Shown: in pieces, positions 1 through 10,109 of the stretch
Layout of the letters: each line of letters opens with the position of its first letter
Numbering within the stretch: position 1 is the first letter of the stretch
Assembly: GCA_963731875.1 (NCBI GenBank)
Contig: CAVSXL010000005.1
Span: forward strand, 176,544 to 240,543
Reading direction: 5' to 3'
Source: an uncultured Alphaproteobacteria bacterium
GTDB lineage: Bacteria > Pseudomonadota > Alphaproteobacteria > Rhizobiales > Methyloligellaceae
Length of the DNA stretch: 64,000 bases
Notes under the pieces: model-generated
Seen by the model: only the letters and a program-made list of their open reading frames with translations
Database searches by the model: none
Told to the model about the DNA's origin: nothing
Made by a program: the position numbers and the translations under genes

Positions 1-31
1 TCAACGCCGCCTGACATACACGTGACATGGA

Positions 32-235
32 TCAGTCGGGCCGCTGCATCCATCTGATCAGGAGGCCGGCGGGAAGCACCCACAGCAGTCCGGCCACGAG
101 GAAAAAGGCGAACTGCGCCCAAGCCGGCGCCACCGAGATGCGCCCGGCCCCGATCGCCGAGGCCAGCCAAACGTAGAGGACGATGAACACCAAGAGCGCC
201 AAGGTGCCGATGAGCTTGCGGGACCGTGCGCGCAT
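32..235 (-). CDS. DUF2842 family small membrane protein
   Basis: 67 aa, two hydrophobic helices, RKLIG start and GLLWVLPA motif typical of the family; divergent from ctaA. Confidence 0.75.
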   Translation of the reverse strand: MRARSRKLIGTLALLVFIVLYVWLASAIGAGRISVAPAWAQFAFFLVAGLLWVLPAGLLIRWMQRPD

Positions 236-329
236 CTAGCGGAACCTCCGGCCAGAGGGGCCGTGCTGCGGCAACGGGGCAGGGCGCGCGCGATTGAGTT
301 GGGGCCTCAAGGCCGCTATCAAGCCAGCC

Positions 330-1436
330 ATGACGGAAGTTGCCGCCCAGGGCTTGAACACAGGCGCGCGCGGATCGGCGATGCCGGCGCGGCATATCCG
401 GGCGCTTCGCATCTGGCTTGGTGTCATCGCCTTCCTCATCGTCGCCATGGTCCTCGTGGGCGGCGCCACAAGGCTTACCGATTCAGGGCTCTCCATCACC
501 GAGTGGCAGCCGATCATCGGCGCCATCCCGCCGCTCTCGGATGCTCACTGGCAAGCGGCGTTCGAGGCTTACCAGAAGATCCCGGAATATACCGAGATCA
601 ATCGCGGCATGAGCCTCGAGGCGTTCAAGACCCTCTATTGGTGGGAATGGGCGCATCGCTTTCTTGGACGCTTCATCGGCCTCGTGTTCCTGCTGCCCTT
701 CATCGTCTTCTGGGCCGCCGGCTATATCCCGCGCCAGCTCATGCCCAAGCTCTTGGGCCTCTTCGTCCTTGGCGGCCTGCAAGGCGCGCTCGGCTGGTAC
801 ATGGTAAAAAGCGGCCTGGTCGACCGCACCGACGTCAGCCAATACCGGCTCGCCGCCCATTTCGGTGTGGCCGTGCTGATCTTCGGCACCACGCTGTGGC
901 TCCTGTTCGGTCTCGGCGCGCAAGAAAAGCGTGCGCGGTCCGGCGCCGCGGTCTGGGTGGCCGCCGCCGTGCTCGGTCTCGTCTTTTTGCAGTTGCTGGC
1001 GGGAGCCCTGGTCGCCGGAATCGACGGCGGCCTCGGCTTCAATACCTGGCCGCTGATCAATGGCGCCTTCATCCCGAGCGGCCTCGACGCCGCCGCGCCT
1101 TGGTATCTCAACCTGTTCGAGAATCCGCTGACCGTGCAGTTCGACCACCGCATGCTGGGCTATGCGGTCGTGGCCACAACGATTGCGCAAGCCCTGTGGC
1201 TCGCGCTGAAGGGCGCGTCTCAATCCTTGATCGGCAGTTCGTTGATGCTCGCGGTGGCCGCGCTGCTGCAAGCGACACTCGGCGTGTGGACACTGCTTCT
1301 CGCCGTGCCCATCGAACTCGGCCTCGCCCATCAAGCCGGCGCCATCGCCGTGTTTGCCGCAGCACTCTTCCATCTCTGGTCCGCACGACACGACACAATC
1401 CCGGCAACCGAAGCTCAAGCGGCGGCGAGCGCCTGA
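330..1436 (+). CDS. ctaA: Heme A synthase (COX15/CtaA)
   Basis: GGATRLTDSGLSITEW, WEWAHR, HRMLGY and HQAGA motifs, about 8 TM helices; ATG 330 chosen, 381 possible. Confidence 0.95.
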   Translation: MTEVAAQGLNTGARGSAMPARHIRALRIWLGVIAFLIVAMVLVGGATRLTDSGLSITEWQPIIGAIPPLSDAHWQAAFEAYQKIPEYTEINRGMSLEAFKTLYWWEWAHRFLGRFIGLVFLLPFIVFWAAGYIPRQLMPKLLGLFVLGGLQGALGWYMVKSGLVDRTDVSQYRLAAHFGVAVLIFGTTLWLLFGLGAQEKRARSGAAVWVAAAVLGLVFLQLLAGALVAGIDGGLGFNTWPLINGAFIPSGLDAAAPWYLNLFENPLTVQFDHRMLGYAVVATTIAQALWLALKGASQSLIGSSLMLAVAALLQATLGVWTLLLAVPIELGLAHQAGAIAVFAAALFHLWSARHDTIPATEAQAAASA

Positions 1437-2701
1437 TCGAGGTCGGCGATGATGTCGTCGACATTCTCGAGCCCGATCGACAGGCGAACCACATCGGCCC
1501 CGGCGCCCGCGCGCTCGCGATGCTCGTCCGAGAGCTGACGATGGGTGGTCGAGGCCGGATGAATGATCAGGCTCCGCGTGTCGCCGATATTGGCCAGATG
1601 GCTGAACAGCTTGACGTTGCTGACGAGCGCGATGCCCGCGTCATAACCGCCCTTGAGCCCGAACGTGAACACGCCACCTGCTCCATCCGGGCAATAGTGC
1701 TTTGCAAGCCGGTGATACGGGTTCTCGGCGAGCCCCGCATAGTTCACCCAGGCCACCTTGTCGTGCGCCAATAGCCAGGTGGCGACCTGAAGCGCGTTGT
1801 CGCAATGGCGCTGCATGCGCAAGGGCAGCGTTTCGATCCCGGTGAGGATGAGAAAGGCGTTGAACGGCGAGATCGCCGGGCCGAGATCGCGCAGGCCCAG
1901 CACCCGGCACGCGATGGCGAATGCGAAATTGCCGAAGGTCTCCGCCAGCGTGATGCCGTGATAGCTCGGCGAGGGCGCCGACAGCGATGGGTAACGGCCG
2001 CTCGCCATCCAGTCGAACGTGCCGCAATCCACGATGGCGCCGCCGATCGAATTGCCATGACCGCCGAGGAACTTGGTCAGCGAATGCACGATGATATCGG
2101 CGCCATGCTCGATGGGCCGCATGAGGTAGGGCGTCGCCAGCGTGTTGTCGACGATGAGGGGCACGCCAGCCTCCTTGGCGACCGCCGAGATCGCCGCGAT
2201 GTCGGTGATGATGCCGCCCGGATTGGCGATCAACTCCACAAAGATGGCCTTGGTCTTCGGAGTGAGCGCGGCGCGGAAGGACTCCGCGTCCGTGGTGTCG
2301 GCCCACTTCACCGTCCAGCCGCATTTGGCGAAGGCTTGGCCGAACTGATTGATCGACCCGCCATAAAGCTGGCGTCCGGCGACGAACTCATCCCCCGGCT
2401 CCAGCAGCGTGTGGAACACGATGGCTTGCGCCGCGTGACCCGAGGCGACGGCAAGCGCCGCGGTGCCGCCTTCGAGCGCGGCGAGCCGCTCCTCCAGCAC
2501 CGCCTGGGTCGGATTCATGATGCGGGTATAGATGTTGCCGAAGGTCTCGAGGTTGAACAGCGCCGCCGCGTGGTCCGCGTCGTCGAAGACGAAAGACGTA
2601 GTCTGATAAATGGGCGTGACCCGCGCACCGGTCGCCGGGTCCGGCTGGGCTCCGGCATGAATGGCAAGCGTGTTGAAACCGGGCTTACGCTCCTCGGACA
2701 T
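1415..2701 (-). CDS. metY: O-acetylhomoserine aminocarboxypropyltransferase (sulfhydrylase)
   Basis: TPIYQTTSF, GNIYTRIMNPT, PLP lysine in HSLTKF, HLANIGD. Confidence 0.92.
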   Translation of the reverse strand: MSEERKPGFNTLAIHAGAQPDPATGARVTPIYQTTSFVFDDADHAAALFNLETFGNIYTRIMNPTQAVLEERLAALEGGTAALAVASGHAAQAIVFHTLLEPGDEFVAGRQLYGGSINQFGQAFAKCGWTVKWADTTDAESFRAALTPKTKAIFVELIANPGGIITDIAAISAVAKEAGVPLIVDNTLATPYLMRPIEHGADIIVHSLTKFLGGHGNSIGGAIVDCGTFDWMASGRYPSLSAPSPSYHGITLAETFGNFAFAIACRVLGLRDLGPAISPFNAFLILTGIETLPLRMQRHCDNALQVATWLLAHDKVAWVNYAGLAENPYHRLAKHYCPDGAGGVFTFGLKGGYDAGIALVSNVKLFSHLANIGDTRSLIIHPASTTHRQLSDEHRERAGAGADVVRLSIGLENVDDIIADLDQALAAA

Positions 2702-2739
2702 CGTCTTCCTCCCTGGATCCCTTTGTTTGACTCGCGCGA

Positions 2740-2748
2740 ATTATATCA
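2740..2748 (-). promoter_or_regulatory. Extended -10 promoter (TGnTATAAT) for metY
   Basis: Minus strand reads TGATATAAT about 40 nt upstream of the GGGAGG SD and ATG of metY. Confidence 0.55.
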
Positions 2749-2781
2749 GAGCGGGGACAGGCTGCGCCGCAATGACACGCC

Positions 2782-3306
2782 TTAATCCTTGTCGGAGCGG
2801 AGCACCCGCTGCTGGAGTCCCTTGGCGCCTAGCAGCGGCCGCTTGCTCGACAGCGTGCGTGAATTTACTCCGGTCCAGGAGATCTCACCCGAGAGCCGGC
2901 CGTATTCGATCTTGGGACAACGGTTCATCACCACTTTGAGGCCCGCCTCTTCGGCCAGGCGCGCCGCCTCGTCGTTGCGCACGCCGAGCTGCATCCACAC
3001 CACCTTGGCACCGATCCGGATGGCTTCGGCGGTAATGGGCAGCGCGGCTTGCGAGTTGCGGAAGATGTCTACGATCTCGATTGGTTCGTCGATGTCGCCG
3101 AGCGTGGCGAAGACGGGTTGGTCGAGGATCGTCTTACCGGCCTGCCCGGGGTTGACCGGCACGACACGATAGCCCTTGGCCAAAAGGTACTTCATGGCGA
3201 AGTAGCTCGGCCGCGACGCGTTCGGGCTCGCGCCGACCATGGCGATGACCCGGTGTCGCACGAGGATGTCGCGGATATAGGCGTCCGTATAGCTGTCGTG
3301 ATTCAT
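2782..3306 (-). CDS. CoA-binding protein (YccU-like)
   Basis: IAMVGAS...RPS, PVNP, VDIFR, VWMQLG, NRCPKIE motifs. Confidence 0.92.
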   Translation of the reverse strand: MNHDSYTDAYIRDILVRHRVIAMVGASPNASRPSYFAMKYLLAKGYRVVPVNPGQAGKTILDQPVFATLGDIDEPIEIVDIFRNSQAALPITAEAIRIGAKVVWMQLGVRNDEAARLAEEAGLKVVMNRCPKIEYGRLSGEISWTGVNSRTLSSKRPLLGAKGLQQRVLRSDKD

Positions 3307-3353
3307 GGATGAGCAAGTGGGGAAGGGGGCAGGAAAGCGAAAGGAGCGAAAGG

Positions 3354-4172
3354 TCAGCGAGGCCAGTTTGGCTCCCGCTTATCAATGAAGGCGCCGATGC
3401 CTTCCTCGGCCTCAGCGTCGAGCATGTTCTCCACCATGACTTGGGCGGCGTAGCGATAGGCATCGTCGAGCGGCATGTCGAGCTGCTTGTAGAAAGCCTC
3501 CTTGCCGATCAGAAGCGTGCGCGCAGGCTTGCTGGCGATCTGCCGGCCGAACTCCACCGCCTCGTTGACCACGCGGTCCGCCTCGACCACCCGATTGACG
3601 AGCCCGAGCCGATACGCCTCTTCGGCCCCTATCATCTCGCCCAAGAGCAACATCTCCATGGCGCCTTTGCGAGAGACGTTGCGGCTGAGCGCCACCATGG
3701 GCGTCGAGCAGAACAGGCCGATATTCACGCCCGGCGTGGCGAAGCGGGCATCGACCGCCGTCACGGCCAGATCGCAGCTCGCCACGAGCTGGCAGCCGGC
3801 CGCCGTCGCGATTCCGTTCACCGCGGCGATGACCGGCTTCGGCGAGCGCACGATCCCCAGCATCATGTCGGAGCAGCTAGTCATGGTCTCGGTGAAGAAG
3901 GCCCGGCCGCGGTCGGCATCGTTGCGGTGCGCCGTCAGTTCCTTCAAATCGTGACCTGAGGAGAAGGCGGAACCGGCGCCGGTCAGCACAACGGCCCGGA
4001 CGGTGTCGTCGCGGCCTGCCTCGGTCACCGCGCCATGAATCGACGCCATGAGGTCCATGGAAAGGCTGTTACGAGCCTGCGGACGGTTGAGGGTGAGGAT
4101 CCTGACCGGTCCCCGATCCTCGGTGAGCAGAATGCCGCTCTCGGGTGCGTTTTGCGCGGAAGGGCTAGCCAT
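3354..4172 (-). CDS. Enoyl-CoA hydratase/isomerase family protein (ECHDC3-like)
   Basis: LTLNRP, AFSSGHDL, KPVIAAVNG, AAGCQLVASCD, ATPGVNIGLFC. Confidence 0.92.
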   Translation of the reverse strand: MASPSAQNAPESGILLTEDRGPVRILTLNRPQARNSLSMDLMASIHGAVTEAGRDDTVRAVVLTGAGSAFSSGHDLKELTAHRNDADRGRAFFTETMTSCSDMMLGIVRSPKPVIAAVNGIATAAGCQLVASCDLAVTAVDARFATPGVNIGLFCSTPMVALSRNVSRKGAMEMLLLGEMIGAEEAYRLGLVNRVVEADRVVNEAVEFGRQIASKPARTLLIGKEAFYKQLDMPLDDAYRYAAQVMVENMLDAEAEEGIGAFIDKREPNWPR

Positions 4173-4317
4173 ATGCAGGAAATCCGTTGCCTCACTGCCA
4201 GATCACGGCTTTACAGCAAAACACTTGGGAAACGCGAGGCCGAACAGTGATTTTCGAGCCGGTACTAAAATACCACATTCCTAAGACGTTGACCTGTATA
4301 AGACATCTTCAATCCAC

Positions 4318-4346
4318 TTGACCCTCTCGGAGCCAGCCGTTAGAAG
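4318..4346 (+). promoter_or_regulatory. Putative sigma70 promoter of rplM-rpsI
   Basis: TTGACC-N17-TAGAAG about 40 nt before the rplM ATG. Confidence 0.45.
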
Positions 4347-4383
4347 CGCCGATCCTTTGAAAGGCCTTTGAGTGAACGTGACC

Positions 4384-4848
4384 ATGAAAACCTTTTCCGC
4401 CACCCCTAAGGACATCGACAAGTCCTGGATTCTCATTGATGCCAACGGCCTTGTGGTCGGCCGGCTCGCCGCTTTGATCGCAACGCGGCTGAGAGGCAAG
4501 CACAAGCCGACCTTCACGCCTCATATGGATGACGGCGATAATATCATCGTCATCAACGCCAAGCAGGTCGTGTTCACGGGCGATAAGCGCGCCGACAAAG
4601 TCTATAACTGGCACACGGGCTATCCGGGCGGCATCAAGAGCCGCACCCCGGAGAAGATCCTCGACGGCAAGCACCCCGAGCGCGTGCTGCACAAGGCGGT
4701 CGAGCGCATGGTTCCGCGTGGGCCTCTCGGTCGCAAGCAGATGAAGAATTTGAAGATCTACGCCGGCGCGGAACACCCGCACGAGGCGCAAAACCCGGTG
4801 AAGCTCGACGTCGCCGCCCTCAACCCCAAGAACGCAAGGAGCGCGTGA
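4384..4848 (+). CDS. rplM: 50S ribosomal protein L13
   Basis: [34 protein letters not shown]. Confidence 0.99.
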   Translation: MKTFSATPKDIDKSWILIDANGLVVGRLAALIATRLRGKHKPTFTPHMDDGDNIIVINAKQVVFTGDKRADKVYNWHTGYPGGIKSRTPEKILDGKHPERVLHKAVERMVPRGPLGRKQMKNLKIYAGAEHPHEAQNPVKLDVAALNPKNARSA

Positions 4849-4850
4849 TC

Positions 4851-5333
4851 ATGAGCGAGACAATGACGCTTGAAGATCTGGCGCCGCTCAAGGGCGATGT
4901 CGCCGAAGCCGCGCCGGAGCACGTTTACGAGAAGAAGGTCGATGCGCAGGGCCGCGCTTACGCCACTGGCAAGCGTAAAGACGCCGTCGCCCGCGTGTGG
5001 GTCAAGCCGGGACCGGGCAAGATCACGGTCAATGGCAGAGACCATGTCACCTATTTCGCGCGGCCTGTCTTGCGGATGATCCTGAAGCAGCCGCTTGTCA
5101 CCGCGCAGCGCGAGGATCAGTTCGACATCGTCTGCACCGTCAGCGGCGGCGGACTGTCCGGCCAGGCCGGCGCGGTGCGCCACGGCATCTCCAAGGCGCT
5201 GACGCGCTTCGAGCCGGAGCTTCGCGGCGTGCTGAAGAAGGCGGGCTTCCTGACCCGCGATGCCCGCACCGTCGAGCGTAAGAAGTACGGCAAGGCCAAG
5301 GCCCGAAAGAGCTTCCAGTTCTCCAAGCGCTAG
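4851..5333 (+). CDS. rpsI: 30S ribosomal protein S9
   Basis: [23 protein letters not shown]-terminal FQFSKR. Confidence 0.99.
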   Translation: MSETMTLEDLAPLKGDVAEAAPEHVYEKKVDAQGRAYATGKRKDAVARVWVKPGPGKITVNGRDHVTYFARPVLRMILKQPLVTAQREDQFDIVCTVSGGGLSGQAGAVRHGISKALTRFEPELRGVLKKAGFLTRDARTVERKKYGKAKARKSFQFSKR

Positions 5334-5420
5334 TCTTAAGCGCTTATCTTGGAAGGTTGTGGCAGAGGCTCTTGCGAGCCTCACTGCCGCGCCGTCTTTC
5401 GCATTGTGCCGAATTCCGCT

Positions 5421-5451
5421 AAGCCCGCTTCTGTCGCGGGGCTTCTTCGTT
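5421..5451 (+). terminator. Probable intrinsic terminator after rpsI
   Basis: AAGCCCGC...GCGGGGCTT bulged stem followed by a weak U-rich tail (CTTCGTT). Confidence 0.4.
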
Positions 5452-5461
5452 AGGTTCGACC

Positions 5462-6514
5462 ATGGCCAGCAGCAACACGCTCATCCGGGCCGCCGTGCTC
5501 GGCGCTTCCGGCTATACCGGCGCCGACTTGATCCGGCTCGCCGCCAGACATCCCTCGATCAAGATCGCCGCGCTGATCGCCAAAGGCCATGCCGGCCAGG
5601 CGCTGGCACAGGTCTTTCCGCATCTCGCCAGCCTTGACGTGCCGAAGCTGGTCACCGCCGACGAGGTGGACTGGAGCGGGATCGACGTGGCCTTCTGCGG
5701 GCTGCCCCACGGCACCGCCCATGCCGAGATCAAAAAGCTGCCCGAGCGGGTGAAGGTGGTCGACATGTCCGCCGACTTTCGTTTGCGCGACCTCGGCACT
5801 TACGCTGAGTGGTATGGCGGCGAGCACAGCGCGCCTGAACTCCATGCCAACGCCGTCTATGGGCTGACCGAATACTACCGCGACGAGATCGCCCAGGCGC
5901 GGCTTGTCGCTTGTCCCGGCTGCTATCCCACAGCCGTCCTGCTGGCGCTCCTGCCGCTCATGAAGGGCGGGCTCATGGCGAGCGAGGACATCATCATCGA
6001 CGCCAAGTCCGGCGTTTCGGGCGCCGGGCGCACGCTCAAGCAGAATATTCTGTTCTCGGAAGCCGGCGAGGGGCTGTCGCCCTATGGCATCGGCAGCCAC
6101 CGCCATGTGCCGGAGATCGAGCAGGAGCTCGGCGCCGCGGCTGGAACGCCGGTGCGGGTCAATTTCACACCACACCTCGTGCCGATGACCCGGGGCGAGC
6201 TGTGCACCTCCTATGTCCGGCTCGCCGGCAAAGCGACCGTCGGCGACCTGCGCACAGCTCTCGACGACGCCTACGCTACGAGCGCCTTCGTGCGCGTGGT
6301 GGAGGAGGGCGTCATCCCCGCGACCCAGCATGTGCGCGGATCGAACTATTGCCATATCGGCGTGTTCGCCGATCGGCTGCCGGGCCGCGCCATCGTCGTC
6401 TCGGCCATCGACAATCTGGTGAAGGGCTCGGCCGGTCAGGCCTTGCAGAACTTCAACCTGATGTACGGCTTCGACGAGACGGTCGCGCTCGAGCAGCTGC
6501 CGCTGTTCCCGTAA
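5462..6514 (+). CDS. argC: N-acetyl-gamma-glutamyl-phosphate reductase
   Basis: GASGYTG, DMSADFR, catalytic PGCYPT, DNLVKGSAGQA. Confidence 0.98.
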   Translation: MASSNTLIRAAVLGASGYTGADLIRLAARHPSIKIAALIAKGHAGQALAQVFPHLASLDVPKLVTADEVDWSGIDVAFCGLPHGTAHAEIKKLPERVKVVDMSADFRLRDLGTYAEWYGGEHSAPELHANAVYGLTEYYRDEIAQARLVACPGCYPTAVLLALLPLMKGGLMASEDIIIDAKSGVSGAGRTLKQNILFSEAGEGLSPYGIGSHRHVPEIEQELGAAAGTPVRVNFTPHLVPMTRGELCTSYVRLAGKATVGDLRTALDDAYATSAFVRVVEEGVIPATQHVRGSNYCHIGVFADRLPGRAIVVSAIDNLVKGSAGQALQNFNLMYGFDETVALEQLPLFP

Positions 6515-6528
6515 GGGGCAGTGGACGT

Positions 6529-8349
6529 CTATTTATCGCCCTTCACGTAGGACCCCGGCGCGTCCTCGATGGCTTTCAGCGGCCCGGCCGACGGATCGCG
6601 GGCCGGGACCTTCTCGCCCGAGTGTTCGGCCAGCCACTTCGTCCAATCCGGCCACCACGAGCCCGCCGTCTCGGCGGCCCTCTTGGTCCATTCCTCGAGT
6701 GAGGTCGCCGCGCCGCCGTCGGCCCAATATTGATATTTCTTCTTGGCCGGCGGATTGACCACGCCGGCAATATGGCCGGACCCCGCCATCACATGGCGCA
6801 CGGGCCCACCGAACAGCTTGCTGCCGCGGAACACCGACAGCGCCGGGGCGATGTGATCTTCCCGGGTGAACAGCTCGTAGATCGGGATCTTCACCTTGGA
6901 CAGGTCGAGCTTCACCCCGCTGAGCTCCATCTCGCCTTTGCTCAAGCGGTTCTCGTGATAGAACTCGCGCAAGTAAAAGGCGTGGTTGGCCGCTGGCAGC
7001 CGTGTGGAATCCGAGTTCCAGAACAGCAGGTCGAACGGGAGGGGCTTCTTGCCCAGCAAATAGTTGTTGACCACGTAAGGCCAGATCAGGTCGCGCGGCC
7101 GCAGCATGTTGAACACGCTCGCCATGCGCGCCCCGTCCAGATAGCCGTGCTCCGCCATCATCTCCTCGAGCGACTTGAGCTGCGTGTCGTCGATGAAGAT
7201 AAGAAGGTCGCCCGCTTCGCTGAAATCGACTTGCGCCGTGAGAAAGCTCGCCGAGGCGATCCTGTCGTCGCCCTTGGCCGCCATATAGGCGAGGGTGGAC
7301 GCGAGCAGCGTGCCACCGACGCAATAGCCGAGTGCATTGACGTGATGGATGCCGAGCTGGCGATTGACCGCCTCGACGGCTGCGAGAATGCCTTCGTGCA
7401 TGTAGTCCTCGAAGGTCTTGCCCGCATGCGTGGCGTCCGGGTTGACCCAGGAGATCATGAATACGGTGAAGCCCTGATCGACGGCCCATTTGACGAAAGA
7501 CTTCTCGGGCTTGAGGTCGAGGATGTAGTATTTGTTGATCCACGGCGGCGCGATGATGAGCGGGCGCTCATAGACCTGCTCGGTGGTCGGCGCATATTGG
7601 ATGAGCTGGATGAGGTCGTTCTGGAACACGACCTTGCCCGGCGTGACCGCGAGATCGCGGCCGACCTCGAAGGCGGCGAGGTCCGTCTGGCTGACGCGCA
7701 AGAGATCCTGCGATTGATCGAGGTCGTGCGCCAGTTGGGTCATGCCCTGCACGAGATTCTCGGCGTTGGTGGCGAGCGTGGCCCGCACCACTTCCGGATT
7801 GGTGAGGGCGAAATTCGACGGCGATAGCGCGGCCAGCATCTGCTCCAGATAGAACATGGCCTTCTTGTGCGTCTTCTCGTCGATCCCTTCGGCGTTGCGG
7901 GTCATGTCCTCGGCCCAGCGCGAGGCGATCAAATAGGACTGCTTCCAAAAGTCGAAATACTGCTTGTCCGACCAATCGGGATCCTTGAAGCGGTTGTCGC
8001 CGGGCTCGGGCTCGGCCACAGGTTCGACCTCCTCGCCGAGGAAACGGCGGAAGGACCGGCCCCAAAGGTCCGCGTAGCTCTGAAACAGATCGCCTTGCGC
8101 CGCCACCAGCTTGCCTGGTTCGCCGACCCAAACGCGGGCCACCTCGCCAAGGGTCTTGGCGGCCTCGCCGACCTCGGAGCTCATGCTGTAAGGGCCGTTG
8201 CCGTTCGCCGTGGTGCGCTCGGCCATCGTCGAGAGGACCTTTGCTCCTTGGTCGAAAAGGCGGACCATGTTCCTGGCAAATTCGTCGAATTGGGTGACGG
8301 AGCACCCCTCCGCAGCGGTTTCATCGGCGCTTGTATTCCGCTCCTGCAT
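6529..8349 (-). CDS. phaC: Class I poly(3-hydroxyalkanoate) synthase
   Basis: DNRFKDPDW, PPWINKYYILDL, lipase box GYCVGG, EDHIAP, SGHIAG, DAPGSYV. Confidence 0.97.
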   Translation of the reverse strand: MQERNTSADETAAEGCSVTQFDEFARNMVRLFDQGAKVLSTMAERTTANGNGPYSMSSEVGEAAKTLGEVARVWVGEPGKLVAAQGDLFQSYADLWGRSFRRFLGEEVEPVAEPEPGDNRFKDPDWSDKQYFDFWKQSYLIASRWAEDMTRNAEGIDEKTHKKAMFYLEQMLAALSPSNFALTNPEVVRATLATNAENLVQGMTQLAHDLDQSQDLLRVSQTDLAAFEVGRDLAVTPGKVVFQNDLIQLIQYAPTTEQVYERPLIIAPPWINKYYILDLKPEKSFVKWAVDQGFTVFMISWVNPDATHAGKTFEDYMHEGILAAVEAVNRQLGIHHVNALGYCVGGTLLASTLAYMAAKGDDRIASASFLTAQVDFSEAGDLLIFIDDTQLKSLEEMMAEHGYLDGARMASVFNMLRPRDLIWPYVVNNYLLGKKPLPFDLLFWNSDSTRLPAANHAFYLREFYHENRLSKGEMELSGVKLDLSKVKIPIYELFTREDHIAPALSVFRGSKLFGGPVRHVMAGSGHIAGVVNPPAKKKYQYWADGGAATSLEEWTKRAAETAGSWWPDWTKWLAEHSGEKVPARDPSAGPLKAIEDAPGSYVKGDK

Positions 8350-8441
8350 CAATTTGTCCTTATTTTACCCCCACTTGACCATGCTCTTGCCGGCTGGGAG
8401 AGGACTAATGCCAATCCTAGCGGCTTCCGCGCGGCCATCCA

Positions 8442-8453
8442 TTGTGCTATGCA
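8442..8453 (-). promoter_or_regulatory. Candidate PhaR (AniA) operator
   Basis: Minus strand TGCATAGCACAA matches 11 of 12 positions of the recalled rhizobial PhaR consensus TGCRNYGCASMA; about 95 nt upstream of phaC. Confidence 0.5.
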
Positions 8454-8515
8454 ATATACGCGTCAGGCGATGTCAATCGCCAGGGGAAAGTCCACAAGAG
8501 CCAATATCTTACCGA

Positions 8516-8755
8516 ATGTTCTTGCGATCAACATGTTGCGTCGTGGCGATGCTGCCTGCCTTATGGCTTGGCGGTTGCGCCGACACCATGACCGGCGGCC
8601 AGCCCATGAAGCGGTTCACCGATCTCGTTCGCAGCTACGACCAGACCCTCACAAAAGCGGAGAAAAAGGCGGCGATCGACGAGCTCCAGCAGGACAAGGA
8701 ACGCCAGCAGGAGCAACTCGAGCAGGGCGACGGCCCTCCGCCAAAAACTAACTAG
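8516..8755 (+). CDS. Small putative lipoprotein, unknown function
   Basis: 79 aa, hydrophobic leader ending in lipobox LGG-C, then charged helical KAEKKAAIDELQQDKERQQ; no obvious SD. Confidence 0.6.
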   Translation: MFLRSTCCVVAMLPALWLGGCADTMTGGQPMKRFTDLVRSYDQTLTKAEKKAAIDELQQDKERQQEQLEQGDGPPPKTN

Positions 8756-8867
8756 AATCAACGCTGACGGGCCCGGGTCACGAGCGATCCGCTTGCCCGG
8801 CAGCCCCTTTTCGTGGTTCAACTGCAGACTCCCATTTCCATGGGCCGATCGGTGGGGATATCCGTCC

Positions 8868-10100
8868 GTGCACGACGATTTTCATAGAATTAAGCGGCTG
8901 CCGCCCTATGTCTTCGAGCAGGTCAACAAGCTCAAGGCCGGCGCGCGGGCGCGTGGTGACGACATCATCGATTTCGGCATGGGCAATCCCGATATGCCAA
9001 CGCCGCAGCATATCGTCGACAAGCTGGTCGAGACCGTGCGCAACCCGCGCACCAACCGCTACTCCGCCTCGAAGGGCATCGGGGGCTTGCGCCGGGCGCA
9101 AGCGGCTTATTACGACCGCCGCTTCGGCGTGAAGCTCAATCCCGAGACGCAAGTGGTCGCCACCCTCGGCTCGAAAGAGGGCTTCGCCAACGTGGCGCAA
9201 GCCATCACCGCGCCCGGTGACGTGATCCTCGTGCCCAATCCCACCTATCCGATCCACGAGTTCGGCTTCATCATGTCGGGCGGCGTGATCCGCCATCTGC
9301 CGGCGAGCACGGACTCTCAATTCATGGTGTCGCTCGACAAGGCGGTGCGCCATTCGGTGCCGAAGCCCTCGGTCTTGGTCCTGAACTATCCGGCCAATCC
9401 GACCGCCGTCGTCGCCAGCCGCGACTTCTATCGCGAGATCGTCGCCTTCGCGAAGAGGAACGACCTGATCGTTCTGTCCGACCTCGCTTATGCGGAGATC
9501 TATTTCGAGGGCGAGCCGCCGCCGTCCATTCTCGAGATCCCGGGCGCCATGGATATCGCCGTCGAGTTCACGTCCTTATCCAAGACCTATTCCATGCCTG
9601 GCTGGCGTATGGGCTTCGCCGTCGGCAATGAGCGGCTCATCCAGGCCCTCACCAGGGTCAAGTCCTATCTCGACTACGGCGCCTTCACGCCGATCCAGGT
9701 CGCCGCCACCGCGGCCCTCAACGGCCCGCAAGACTGCATCGATGAGATCCGCGGCGTCTATCGCCGCCGCCGCGACTGCCTGGTCGACGCGCTGTCCCGC
9801 GCCGGCTGGCCCATCCCGTCGCCGCCCGCAACCATGTTCGCCTGGGCGCCAATCCCCGACATGTTCGCCCATCTCGGCTCGCTCGAATTCTCCAAGATGC
9901 TGCTGGAGGGGGCTGGTGTCGCGGTGTCGCCCGGTGTTGGCTTCGGCGAGTACGGCGAGGGCCATGTCCGCATCGCGCTTGTGGAGAACGAGCAGCGTAT
10001 CCGCCAGGCCGCGCGCAATATCCGTAAATTCCTCTCCGACTCGGCAAACGCGCTGCATAACGTCATTCCCATTGCCTCCAAGGCGAACCGGACGTTCTGA
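8868..10100 (+). CDS. alaC: PLP-dependent class I/II aminotransferase, AlaC/YfdZ family (often annotated LL-DAP aminotransferase)
   Basis: RLPPYVF, DFGMGNPD, GSKEG, SLSKTYSMPGWRMG; conserved position upstream of hom; GTG start inferred. Confidence 0.88.
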   Translation: MHDDFHRIKRLPPYVFEQVNKLKAGARARGDDIIDFGMGNPDMPTPQHIVDKLVETVRNPRTNRYSASKGIGGLRRAQAAYYDRRFGVKLNPETQVVATLGSKEGFANVAQAITAPGDVILVPNPTYPIHEFGFIMSGGVIRHLPASTDSQFMVSLDKAVRHSVPKPSVLVLNYPANPTAVVASRDFYREIVAFAKRNDLIVLSDLAYAEIYFEGEPPPSILEIPGAMDIAVEFTSLSKTYSMPGWRMGFAVGNERLIQALTRVKSYLDYGAFTPIQVAATAALNGPQDCIDEIRGVYRRRRDCLVDALSRAGWPIPSPPATMFAWAPIPDMFAHLGSLEFSKMLLEGAGVAVSPGVGFGEYGEGHVRIALVENEQRIRQAARNIRKFLSDSANALHNVIPIASKANRTF

Positions 10101-10109
10101 ATTCTTCCG

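Noticed and set aside
1415-1436. 22-nt 3' overlap of convergent ctaA and metY
   Set aside because: Short convergent overlaps are common in compact GC-rich genomes; nothing suggests regulation
263-1774. 503-aa alternative-frame ORF over ctaA/metY
   Set aside because: Arg/Pro/Ala-rich shadow ORF typical of high-GC DNA; overlaps well-supported genes and has no motifs
2702-2781. SAM-II riboswitch upstream of metY
   Set aside because: Leader after the extended -10 is only about 30 nt and lacks the SAM-II pseudoknot pattern
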